The position numbers were made by a program, and so were the translations under genes. Of a DNA stretch of 64,000 nt, positions 1 through 11,079 are shown one piece after another (the stretch's first letter is position 1; every line of letters begins with the position of its first letter). Location of the stretch: NCBI GenBank assembly GCA_977020255.1, contig CDROCS010001542.1, forward strand, positions 124,001-188,000, in the 5' to 3' direction. The notes beneath the pieces were generated by a model. It was not told the DNA's origin. It saw only the letters and a list, made by a program, of their open reading frames with translations, and did no database searches. Origin of the DNA: Obrimoposthia wandeli. Its lineage: Eukaryota.

Positions 1-490
1 CGAAAGTCATTTTGGTACCAAATTGTTACCAGTGACGGAAAGTAGATTTATTACGATAATCCAAAGAATTTATCATCACGGGTGAAAGCAGACCAGCCAT
101 CAGCACGAATGCCGAAACGAAATCTACGTGCAATTAAGATTATGTTGAGTATTTGGTATCAGAAAGACATTTAATATGAGCTGCTGGGACCGTCTGAAAC
201 TATCACTAGTGATTAAACATTTAATGCTAGAGTAAACATTGCAAAATGTGTCAAAGAAAAATTAAACTGCTTCGATGAAATGTGTTACTGTCTCCGCCGT
301 AATCGCCATCAGATTCCTATATATTTCGGTCGATGTACTATGGCCTTTAGAGCAGCACTTTAATTCTTATGGAGATATCAGAACTTGGTCTCATGAGTGG
401 ATTGCTTCACAAGTATCGTATTTCTTATATTTTGGAATCTATTAATTGCCTGAAAATGTCATAGCTATCAATGGAACATAGTTTGAATAA
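1..490 (+). pseudogene. Degenerate mariner (Mos1-like) transposase fragment, truncated by window start
   Basis: Broken translation KSFWYQIVTSDGK*IYYDNPK...KIMLSIWYQKDI*YELLGPSETIT...SPSDSYIFRSM...NGT*FE* follows the mariner pattern RIVTGDEKWIYYDN / KVMLCIWW..YELL.PGETI / APSDYHLFRSM / DGQYFE; many stops and frameshifts. Confidence 0.7.
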
Positions 491-2140
491 AATATTGTTT
501 ATTTTGAAAACGAGGGAAACTTAAACGAGTATCCATCATGATTTTATAGTCATTTTGTGATTATTATTTTTAATTAATAATACATTTAAGTGCTATTAAT
601 TGACAATCTTTTCGCTACTATGAGCATTTGTCAATAGTTGACTACATCCATGGCTTTAACAATCGAGTATTTTACGATAAAATAATCACCTGCTTCTGAC
701 AGCTTGTCTTTGACATTTGGATCTTTAATATATCAAATTCAGTGCTAAATAATAAATCCTCATTAATAACAAAATTCATCAGAAAAATAATTAATCATTT
801 AAAACTAATAGAAACACAAATTTAATAATTGTTGTCGATTTTCAAGATATTAATCTAAAGAATGATTAATGGTGGAAAAATAAATCTTTAAAAGGACCTT
901 ATAGGTTAAAATTTATATTTCTGTTAATTTTTCTATGTATTGCTGAAATATAAAAGGTGGCTCTCAAGATTTGGAGCAATCACAATTTTGCTTTGTAATT
1001 GTTTAATGAATGAAAAATGTGGAACAAAAACGAAATAATATTAGTATTAAAGTCGTTTGTTAACACACTCATTGAAAATTTGTTTCTATTTAAATATTGA
1101 TCGGAAATATTCATGTATTTGAACTGGGCATAAAGTTATAAAACACATTGTTACATGATTGACAAGTTTTTTGTCATTTGGATTTTATTACATAATTCCA
1201 GTTAATAAATGAAAAATTATAAAAATAAATCATATTTGTGTAAAATAATTTTGAAATCTTTAACGATATTGTAACATTGCCCTAATCAATAACTGTGAAG
1301 TTTCGATTATAATTTACAATTTCACATGACGAACAAGAAATGTCCGTCAAAGTTTATTTTTGTGACACATTGAAATGGCATTGGTTAGAAACGAAATTTC
1401 AAAATAAATTGTCAATCTTTGGTCGCTACAAATTATACACATGATACAAAAGTTGTGGCATATCTATCAAGAAATTAGTAACACTAGTATGTTCCGTTTG
1501 CCTTTCTTGTAATGATAACACTGGACAAGTATTGACAGAAGAGCTGCTAGAGCAAATCTGTTGTGTGGATTTTGTACTGTATGCGTCATGTAAATGCTCG
1601 CTCTTACGAAATGATTCATTACTGTTTGTGTGTTTATAAATTCCAACTGAATTTAATGACTTATAGCTTTCGGACAATAGCTTTATAATCTTGAAACTGA
1701 CTACAAAGGAGTGTAATGACTGTGGTTTACACACAATGAATTGTGTGAACTGGTGAAAGTCTTTCCAAAAATGTCTTTAGTTTAGAACTGTTTGAGAACG
1801 TAATCACACAGCAAAATGTGTCTATTTTTCACGAGAACAATTAATTTCGATGAAATTTTCGGTTTTACTGATAGATTTTTGTGTTTTAGAACAATAAAAT
1901 GGATCTTCAAGTATGTTAGTTTGCTTAAAATATTTAAATGTTAGATCTGATCAGGTGGTAGGAATATAGGATAGATGATTTGTCACGAAAATAATTCGTA
2001 TTTTCAGCGTTCAACCAATTAGATAATTAATTACTTTGTCTTTTGCAGATTTCTTTCTCCAGGTTTCTTTTTTCTCAGTTACTCTTAAAATTTTCAAACA
2101 TCTCCAATGATCTTTCCTTAATCTTAATCTTCCATATCAG

Positions 2141-2608
2141 CATCAACAGCCGTGGCCGGTCCAACAATCGTCGCCCTTCCTCGACTATAATCAGGAGCCT
2201 CAACAGCAGCAACACCACTCCTACGGCCAACAGCAGCACCACTACAGTCTCCAGCATATGCCGCCGCGAATTCTCTCGCCCATCGACTTTCTCGTCGCTG
2301 ATCCCCTCTTCGCAGCTGCGGCATCCTGCTCCTCATCCAAATCGGACTTCTGCTTCGCCTCTTCAGACCTGAGTCTACATATTGTAGCCGACACACCACT
2401 ACTATCCGACTACGGACCGTCATCCAACCACCATCCGCACCACCAAGGTCACCATATGCATCAGGTTGGTGCCAACAACAGCAGCAAGAACTTCTCCGTT
2501 GTGAATCTCATCAGCTCTGCGGCCGCCATCTCTGCCGCCGCTGCGGGCATTAATAAGGACTGCTCCGATGAACTGCTCTACTCCGAGACCGACGACAATC
2601 CTCTCTAG
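2141..2608 (+). CDS. Candidate terminal coding exon of a host gene (Q/H/P/A-rich, transcription-factor-like C-terminus)
   Basis: GC-rich island in AT-rich DNA; frame open from 2111 to TAG at 2606-2608; acceptor-like tcttccatatcag ends at 2140 in phase 0; peptide HQQPWPVQQ...QQHHSYGQQQHHY...HHPHHQGHHMHQ...KNFSVVNLISSAAAISAAAAG. No other exon identified. Confidence 0.4.
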   Translation, partial: HQQPWPVQQSSPFLDYNQEPQQQQHHSYGQQQHHYSLQHMPPRILSPIDFLVADPLFAAAASCSSSKSDFCFASSDLSLHIVADTPLLSDYGPSSNHHPHHQGHHMHQVGANNSSKNFSVVNLISSAAAISAAAAGINKDCSDELLYSETDDNPL

Positions 2609-4039
2609 GCCAGTTGAACCTCGTCGATACCTGTAATTAGCAGACACCATTATATTTTCTTGTTTTGTATTTTACCCCTTCTACAAATGGATGGGAAGGG
2701 TTAATTGGAGGAACCTTACGCTAGTCATGTATGTACCAATCGGCTCTTGTGACTTCGGTTAAATAGAATATAAATTCTCTAAATTTTGAGGTCTTGAAAA
2801 TTTTCATTCTAAACAGAAGTATGGTGTGTGTGCAATAATTATTATTATTCCATAATTAAATAGTCGTAGTATTGGTTGTTTTAAATCCACTCAAATAAAA
2901 TCTTTATAGATGAAATCTTCAGATTTTATTTTTATTGATTCCAACATATTTTGAAACAAACCTTCGTAATATGACCATGGCCAAATGAACAACAATTGAA
3001 TATGATAATCTTCCAGAATCGGACAATTAAATTATATTAAAAATGGCTAATATTTATAGTCCTGGTCAAGGACACGCTTGGGACCTTGAATTAAAATTAA
3101 ATCAAGGAGAAAATATGAGTTATTTAACTCTTAAAAGAATTCAATAAGCGCATGTGACCTATAAAGCTATTACTAATTACGTGAGTTGCAAAAAAGAAGT
3201 CATTATGAGGTAAGAATTCCATAGACATGAAAAGGCTGTGACCGGATTGGTCCTACAGATAATTCTATAAACCTAGGCAATAGGCCAGAGTTTTATTCGC
3301 AGAAACTGTCAATATCACACAAAACATTTCACTAATTTCATGACAAATAGCTCACGAATATCCGACGATAAAAAATCTCACTAATTTCCGATGAAAAATA
3401 GCACACACAAAAAAGGCGAATTCTCACCAACATTAACATGGAAAAACATTGTTATGTTGATCAATTCGAAAATAACCTCATATAATTTGCTAAAATCTTA
3501 TTGATATCATTTTAATTATTTTCAAAATTATCACGTTAATATTCTCTATTATAGTACCATCAGCATCAGTATTTTTGTTGAATAAAATAAAATCATTGAC
3601 TGGTAAAGGTTGTTGCATATAGCCCCACCAGAATGACTAGGGTAAAATGCCCCAGAGTAAAAAATGTGTGGTACCATTTCTGTACTTAAATGTTTTTAAA
3701 AATGCATTGATTAGTTTATATTGACCACATTAACTTGCTGTTTTAAAATTAAATATTGTTGAATCAACTTGTTTTCTATACAAGTATCTATAATTTTGTG
3801 TTACCCCTCTTAATTATTAAACTTTTTTCTGGATAAATATAGTTATGTTTTCTCTCGTAGACATAATTCAATATAGTTAGATTCAACAAACCTAATATAT
3901 ATATTTATACATGTATACAAGAGTCTTTATGAACAAGTATTGCCGGTAGGATATTTCCAGTTTCTGATTACATAACTATCCCCTTCACTATTCAAACTTG
4001 AATTTCTTCCGCCATTCGATTCTCCTGGCGTGGATTTCT

Positions 4040-4455
4040 CTTAGATACTGAATTGATACCTGTCGTGGACTCAAAAATTCTGTTATTCTATATGGACCTT
4101 CTTACTGGTCATTATTCTTTCTTCTTTTAATTGGGTCATTTTTAAAAATCACCTTTTCATTTACTTCTCTCATCTTTCATTATCTAATTTCTCTAACTTT
4201 TCAGCTGCGTTTTGTTGGTTCTTCCTTACGTCTTGAATGATGTATTGTTTGTTGTTGCACCTGGTGTTTTTATTTTTATTCCATAAATGATCTCAAACGG
4301 TAAATGTTTTGAAGAACTATTTGCTGTTGCATTTATAGTAAATTCAATTCGTGTCAATAAATTGTGTCAGCATTTTCCTGTTTTAGTAGACGCTATTGTC
4401 TTAACAATCATATCGCTTACCGTGTGTATAACTCTTTCTGTTAGACCGTTAGCTT
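4040..4455 (-). pseudogene. 3' half of an old Gypsy/Ginger-type integrase split by the giant element
   Basis: Reads (A)NGLTERVIHTVSDMI...RIEFTINAT...PFEIIYG...GPYRI; joins in frame through the GCTT TSD to ...TEPYQHQA at 30111. Confidence 0.8.
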
Positions 4456-5007
4456 TGTTGGGGTTTCTATATGAAACTTATAGATCCTCTTGAATGCGGA
4501 GGGCCCCAACGTGAGTTCTATAGAAGCAGGTCTTAGGGATGGTTGTGGCCTACTTAATGTTATAGTTGCCTGTCTCAATGCTTATCTGAAGGTGTTTGTT
4601 TTTTGATGTCTCTTAATCTGAAGGGTTTAGAACAATGCTTTCTAATGTAGGAAATCGTTTATTGTTAACACACTAGACTAAAACAAAACAATACGTTTAC
4701 GTACGTATTTCTAAAAAGTTGTAGTAAAATTCCTAAGACTTCTGAAAGTCTCTACACCAGTGGGGATGAACCACGTATCGATTTTAGGTTTTAGGGTTGG
4801 TTGACGCTAGAGTCTTCACTCTAAAATTGCGGCAAGTTCGCAGAGTGTTGCTCTAAAGTATAAGTAGTTTGCCGAGCTGTTGCTCTAACACGGGATGAAG
4901 TTCAGTAGAGTTGCTGCTCTAATTTATAGAGTCTTTCCGAAATTTCACTTTAATTACTAGATAAAAGTTTCCTCAGTAATTTAACAAATTCCAATACAAA
5001 TGTTTTA

Positions 5008-5225
5008 GTAAAATTTACGCGGTATTTTAACAATTTTTAATTCAAAGGCTTTACTAAAATGTACTCGGTATTTTAACAATTTTTAATTCAAAGACTTTAC
5101 TAAAATGTACTCGGTATTTTAACAATTTTTAATTCAAAGGCTTTACTAAAATGTACTCAGTATCTCAACAATTCTTTAATTCAAAGGCTTTACTAAAATG
5201 TACTCAGTATCTCAACAATCTTTAC
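5008..5225. repeat. ~46-bp tandem array in 3' LTR (~5 copies; ~12 copies at 26128-26660 in 5' LTR)
   Basis: Unit aaaatgtactcggtattttaacaatttttaattcaaagactttact counted directly. Confidence 0.9.
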
Positions 5226-5483
5226 TCTTTGTCGTGTGCGGCTCACCTTCCAATCTGCAGACAATTCCGGAGTGCAAGATCCGTGCGATGCGCTGTCCGC
5301 TTGCTAGTTCGGTAACGCAGTAGAGAGTTGTCGGATAGATGGCTCGATCCGAATCCTTTCTAGTAATTCGAATAATTCTGTTGGAAATTTTCGTGATTTA
5401 CCTCCTAGTTTCTTCTGTCTTTCTTCTAACGACTCTCGAAATTGGCGAGAGGAAAACTGCATGATTGAACTGCAAGACTGGAA

Positions 5484-5750
5484 ACTGCTAGATTTTCTGG
5501 TTCTCTGCAACAATGATTTTTCTCGTCTCGAAACTTGTCTGATGGCGAACTGCTTCTCGGAATTGGTGAACTGCTAGACTGAAACTGCTAGATTTCCTGG
5601 TTCTCTGCAACAATGATTTCTTTCGGCTCGAACTTGTCTGATGGCGAACTGCTTCTCGGAATTGGTGAACTGCTAGACTGAAACTGCTAGATTTCCTGGT
5701 TCTCTGCAACAATGATTTCTTTCGGCTCGAACTTGTCTGATGGCGAACTG
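5484..5750. repeat. ~99-bp tandem array in 3' LTR (~3 copies; ~2 in 5' LTR at ~26921-27085)
   Basis: actgctagattt..tggttctctgcaacaatgattt recurs at 5484, 5584 and 5683. Confidence 0.85.
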
Positions 5751-6218
5751 CGAATAACGGTAAGTGTGTTTGGCTTTATATTAAATTACCTCGTCAGTTG
5801 TCTCCCGTCTTCAATCGGTTCTGCGACAATTCTCCTGATTGATATTCTTCTGCTTCGCACTGTGGATAGCGGTAATTTAATTTGTGTGTCTCGATAATTT
5901 TACCTTTTCAGTTGTCTCCTGATCTGGTTCTGCTGGCGCGACGGTGATGGCTCGATTACGATGACTGTTGCTGCTGTGTTGCTGCTGCGACACTGTGGGA
6001 ACTTGTTGCGGCGCTGTGGAAATCTGTCCAAATATGACAGTTATTCTACTAATGACTTTTACTTACTTTGATGCTGTTTGATTGCTTGGCTGCAGCTGTT
6101 TTGGCTCCCACGCTATTTGGTAATTTATTCTTCGTCAATTAATTGATTGATTCGTTTATTTCTCGTTTTCTTATTTCTTGATTAATTCTTTGGGGCCCTT
6201 TAATTTAATTTCAACCTC

Positions 6219-6337
6219 CTTATATATAACACATTGAACATGACCTTTCAAGGTCCTAATATTTAATTTGCCTTTTACTCTCATCAATTTATTTTAAATA
6301 TTATTTTCTATTTAGTTTTATAACCTTGCTTTCAAGG
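6219..6337 (-). promoter_or_regulatory. Putative LTR (U3) promoter: TATA-like box plus two conserved short palindromes
   Basis: Element-sense TATATAAG at 6219-6228, preceded by GGACCTTGAAAGGTCA (6241-6256) and CCTTGAAAGCAAGG (6324-6337); same order and similar spacing in LTRs at 29900-30035 and 59321-59440. Confidence 0.55.
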
Positions 6338-6622
6338 ATTTTATTTTTATATAAATTAGATTAATTATTTAAATTTTATCAAATCCTAATCCTAACATAT
6401 CTCGGGGGTTCTAAAAAAGTTACGTCCCCGGAACATATCGATTTTACTTTGATTTTAAGTTCATCCCTACTAATTCAAGCATTCAACTCAACAAACATGC
6501 CCAATATTTAACAAAAGTCGGTATAGATTTTTTAGGAAAAATTCAGACGCAGTCACAAATTATTCAAATTTGTATTCTATACACAATAAAAATGTAGGAC
6601 ACGGATAAAGGGATGGATTAGG

Positions 6623-7141
6623 TTAATCAATTATGTCCGGCATGTTCTGATCGTCCAGGAAGAGCATAACTTGCTCCAGGAGCAGGTCCGGAAAGGACGG
6701 AATGTCCCCGATGTATAAGGCCGTCTGCTGTTCAGGGTTCAGATGTGGGCTTTCGACAATTAAGTCAAAGTCTGAGCCGTACAGCCGATGATTTTCGATC
6801 CAGAACCGTCTGGCCTGCTGCCACGAGCGGCAGTCGCGGCTAGACCGCCACCGTTCGCGGATGGTAATTTGCACGTCTCGACGGCGCGCCAGGCATACGG
6901 AGCATCTACAGTGTTGTCCGCCAATGCAGGTTGCCAGAGAGCGATTGCCCTTTAGACGTCCTCGGCACATGAGCGCCCATTCTGAGAAGGGGGTGCGGCA
7001 CATTGGGCAAGTGATGTGCCCTGCAGATAGGGCTAGGGATCTGGCCCACTTGTACAGGCACGGCTCGTGGAATTTGTGACCACACCCGGCAGGTTTTGCC
7101 GAAGCTTGCCGGATGGTCTCGAGGCAGATTGAGCAAATCAT
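6623..7141 (-). CDS. Element-borne RING-H2 protein 3 (172 aa; putative E3 ligase)
   Basis: ATG at 7141 directly after gtgcag; C-x2-C...C-x-H-x2-H-x2-C...C-x2-C (CSIC..GCGHKFHEPC..CPMC); intact ORF. The ORF track's TTG start at 7186 is probably not the real start. Confidence 0.85.
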   Translation of the reverse strand: MICSICLETIRQASAKPAGCGHKFHEPCLYKWARSLALSAGHITCPMCRTPFSEWALMCRGRLKGNRSLATCIGGQHCRCSVCLARRRDVQITIRERWRSSRDCRSWQQARRFWIENHRLYGSDFDLIVESPHLNPEQQTALYIGDIPSFPDLLLEQVMLFLDDQNMPDIID

Positions 7142-7492
7142 CTGCACAATAATTACTTTTTTAACTTGGGGTTCAACTGGGTTCAATATTAACTTATGAA
7201 TTTAATATTTTAATTTTAATATCATAAGCCTTAGTATTCCAATCCTACCGAGTTCTGTCTTGATTTTAGGCATGTTTTTCACATTCATACTAAGCATAAA
7301 AATTGTCTTTTGGAGTTTCAGTATAATAATTACAATTTCAAATAAACAACATACATAAAAATGGTAACGGTCATTTTACAGTTTCACAAGATTGTACAAT
7401 TATGATTACAATTATGGTAGCTAATTTATCGCGTTATGCGATACACAGGGGTAGTTCATGATGTCACGTTTTAAGTCAAAAGTTACCTTCGG

Positions 7493-7798
7493 TTACTGCT
7501 GAGTGTTGGGCTGGCCTGTGCGTCGCTCCTCCACGCAGAACGAACACCAGCAGTCGCAGATGTTCTTCCAGCAGTGTACAATGGGTACCACTGCTTGGAG
7601 GCTGTCCCGGTTGTAGACATAGTGCACCGAGAAGGTTGCTCTGCACATCGGGCAGTTTGGGTAGTCGAGGGGATTGTTGTTGTTGGCGATTGGGATCCAC
7701 GTCTCGAGGCATTCGACGTGGAACTGGTGGTCGCAGTTGTTGGGTTTGGTGTAGAGGTCCACGATGTTCTCGTAGCAGATGGAACATTCTCCAGACAT
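7493..7798 (-). CDS. Element-borne RING-H2 protein 2 (101 aa)
   Basis: CSIC..NCDHQFHVEC..CPMC plus C-terminal CWKNICDCWCSFC; intact. Confidence 0.88.
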   Translation of the reverse strand: MSGECSICYENIVDLYTKPNNCDHQFHVECLETWIPIANNNNPLDYPNCPMCRATFSVHYVYNRDSLQAVVPIVHCWKNICDCWCSFCVEERRTGQPNTQQ

Positions 7799-7858
7799 TA
7801 CTGTGAGAGGGTTGGTGTTGAATTTGGGCTCGATTGAGGACTGGTGGTTGTGTGATGT

Positions 7859-8158
7859 TTACACAAAAGTGGTCGGATTTTGTCGTTCCGACAGACAGTA
7901 GTAACACCAACACTCTCTGAAATTCTTCCAACAGAATACCACCTGTACATCTACATCCTCTTGGTTGGGTTCTATCATGATGAACTTTGTGAATTGTCTT
8001 CTGCATACAGGGCAACGAGGGTATGTTGGATGTACGAATTCTCCATAAGTTCTGATCCATTTTGATAAACATTCCTCGTGATGTAAATGGTTGCAGTTTT
8101 CGGGTCTTGTTCTTCGTTCGGTTAGATCTTCCAAACATATTGGGCATTCTTCGGACAT
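7859..8158 (-). CDS. Element-borne RING-H2 protein 1 (99 aa), paralog of RING 2
   Basis: CPIC..NCNHLHHEEC..CPVC plus C-terminal CWKNFRECWCYYC; intact. Confidence 0.88.
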   Translation of the reverse strand: MSEECPICLEDLTERRTRPENCNHLHHEECLSKWIRTYGEFVHPTYPRCPVCRRQFTKFIMIEPNQEDVDVQVVFCWKNFRECWCYYCLSERQNPTTFV

Positions 8159-8282
8159 TCTAAATACATGATGACAATTAATTTCTACATGAGTTTTACA
8201 TATTTCTACTTATTTGTACAATCGCTTCTAGATATTTCTACATTTTTCACACACTGATTTATCTACAACCTCCTCTGATTTA

Positions 8283-11070
8283 TCATGTCTTGATGGGAGG
8301 TGGAGGTAAAGGTCGCAATTCCACTTCCTCCATTGTGGGTGTGTTACAGCATCGCAGTCCTTCGCATTTTCGTCGTATTCTTGGGCATACTTGACTGCCT
8401 TTCACGCACACGACTGTCAATAGGACCACTGCTGTTGACACTACTGCCATTCCAATTAGAGCATTGACCGCTGTTATTCCGCTGTCTGACGATTGATAAT
8501 CGTATTTCATTTTGTTGTTTGTCGGTTTGAATGACGTTTCCATTGGTGTTGATCGGTTTCCATGTATTATGTCCGATTTTCTAATAACTCGCGGATTTGG
8601 GTATTTTGTTTCCGGTCTAACAGGTATTATTAATTGAGATTGGAAATGATGTTTGGGATCTAGTGGAATCGTTCCTTTCACTCTTGTCCTCTTAATGATT
8701 GTACTTTGGTTTCTGGGATTGAGCTCTTTTCCTTTCACTTCTGCCTTTGTTATGACTACTTTTGGCTTCTCGGAATGGCGTTTACTTCCGTTTACCTTTG
8801 CCTTCTTTTTGATTATGATTTGCATTTTGGAATGACGTTTACTTCCTTTCACCTTTTCCTTTTTTATGATCTTGATTGGTTTTCCGGAAATGATTTTCCT
8901 GGGTTTAATACTTATACCGAGTCCACGGAATCGACGTGTCTGGTATCTTAGGGTTATGTAGAATATTTCACCTGTTATTACCATGATTATGGTAGTGGTC
9001 TCTCTAGCATTGCTGGGAATTCAGTTACATAGACATTCTGCATCAAAATGTGGTATTAACATTTGGTTTTGAATTTCGAATCTGATTCCACCATCTGGAT
9101 TGGGACACGCCACTGTTGCCTGGTCAGTTTCTAACAATCTGAAGAATATTCTAACGGAATTCCACACGGTTTTACGTCGTCTACCTGTGATCATAATCCT
9201 GTCGACAACTTTCCATATGCGCTCATCTCTAGGCAATATTAATGACTTTGTTCGGATACTTTGAATGATCCGTTTCCTCTTTGATATCGTTATCCGTAGG
9301 TATAACACCCTTTCATGATATAATAATATCAGTCGGTAGTAAGGTGTATGTTGGTCAATCTTTATTCTGACCTGTCAGATGACATACAATTTCTGATCGA
9401 CATTGTCGGTTGCTGACGTTTGTAGGTGAATGTCTACTACGTGATTTGTTTTTAGTAGAGGAATTTCTATGTATAACGCACGTATTGTATCTTGTCTCCA
9501 TTTACTGATCATGATCTCATAACCAGCCTCGGTCGTGGTGATTTGCATGATCAGCATGATTCCGATGATCGTCCGGTTCCGAATCTCAGGAACTTCTCTG
9601 GAATAACTCAAGTTACTCATATAGTACGGTCTTTCCTCGATATGTTCATATATCGTTGGCTGGTACTCTGGTGCTGGTTCATTTAGGAATGCTGGTCTTG
9701 GTATACTTGTGTTGAATTTTTGTAAATTCATTTGACCTGCTTGTCTTGCGAGATCATGACGTTTCTTTTTTGATCTCAACTCTATCTTTGTACAACAAAA
9801 CAAGATGAGTAATATTAATATTATAAATCCAATGATCAATGCCAGTATTGGATTAACCAATTCTAGAATACCATAACGTATTGCTGGTATCCCTTTACTC
9901 TTGATGGTTAATATTTTAAATTTATGTACACTTTGGTTGGACATGTCACTGAGAAGTACTATTTTAGTTTGTCCAAATGTGTAATCTTCACATGTGACAA
10001 CACTAACTCCATAATGTCCATTAAGTGTTTTCATTTCGGTCGCTGGGACTATACACATTCGTCCTGGACATCCTTTCACACACATGATCATCACGGCTCT
10101 ACTGTGAGACGTCTTGATTATTTCTAGGGTGTTGTCTAGATTTCTCAAATGTAAATTATATTCGGATAGTGTCATCAATTCAGCTTTACTGGTTGGAATG
10201 GCTTGTAGTACCAATCCAATTACTACTCCGTAGATCAATCCTTGTGCAACAGTGCACAGGGCCTTGATTGTCCTTTTGCAAAGGGTTTTGATTATCATTC
10301 GTTTGAGAGATATCTGTTTCTGGTTAGGTCGTTTTGTTGTCTGTCGTTGTTTTGACATTTCTTCGATTCCAGTTTTTCCGATAATCAACTGTACCTGTTT
10401 ACCTTGTATCATCAACTTTCCGAATCCATTTTTGGCGGACAAGCATGTTTTATGTCCTTCCATCGTTTCGATTATCACTCTCTTGCTTCCATACTCACGT
10501 GTTTTGATGACATCGCCGTTGAATATATACGTCGTACCTTTTGTATCTGCATCTTTTTTTATCTCCTTTACAATTCGTTTTCTTCGCATGCATCCGGCGA
10601 ACGTTGCTGATATTCGGTCAAGTGTGCGCTGTCGGTCAACTTCGTAGTCCATTCGGAATTGATTCAGTACTCTGTTTTGTGGATAAAATATCGCTTCATT
10701 CACTATGTTATCCTCTATACTTTCGTCTAGATACACAAGTACTTGGTTTGTTGGTCCATTGGGTCTCTTCATTTTCACAAACTGGAATCTTTTACTATCG
10801 GTTCTCATAGATGGGAGACATTTTCGGATAACCCACACATCAATTAGTCCTATCAACACTAATAGCATTATCAGTGCCGGTGTATTGTACTGTATGATGT
10901 AGTTGTTGATTTCTTTGAACCATGAACTATTTCCGTGGTTGGAGCCTATCTCTTGTGCTCCCGTTATCGGCATTAGACAACTTAACAAGCCTAGTGCTAG
11001 CAATCTTTGGTATTGATAGCTGGGCACTGTTGTTGTGGCTTCATTTGTTTCTCGTTGTTGCTTCCTCTTT
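8283..11070 (-). pseudogene. C-terminal membrane-protein cassette of polyprotein (repeated signal-peptide-like and TM segments), function unknown
   Basis: Hydrophobic segments RLLALGLLSCLMPITGA, ALIMLLVLIGLIDVWVI, LIYGVVIGLVLQAIPTSKA, ILALIIGFIILILLILFCC, IIGIMLIMQITTTEA, ALIGMAVVSTAVVLLTVVCV; ORFs 9375-11213, 9021-9308 and 8283-8984 are one frame separated by TGA codons. Confidence 0.65.
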
Positions 11071-11079
11071 TCGGAGTAT

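Larger units (their letters stand above)
4456..6397 (-). repeat. 3' LTR (1942 bp) of giant element
   Basis: Starts tgttggggtttc, ends cctaatcctaaca on +; near-identical to 25575-27722 plus 30098-30110 except tandem-repeat copy number and a few substitutions. Confidence 0.95.

Noticed and set aside
1426-1734. 102-aa minus-strand ORF
   Set aside because: No recognisable motif or splice context; cannot be supported as a gene.
6385-6397. LTR terminus TGTTAGGATTAGG as telomere-repeat mimic
   Set aside because: Only two imperfect units, not conserved in the 27723 solo LTR, and no sign of telomeric targeting.
7476-8147. 223-aa overlapping ORF spanning RING1 and RING2
   Set aside because: Alternative frame over two GC-rich genes, low-information sequence, no conserved motif.
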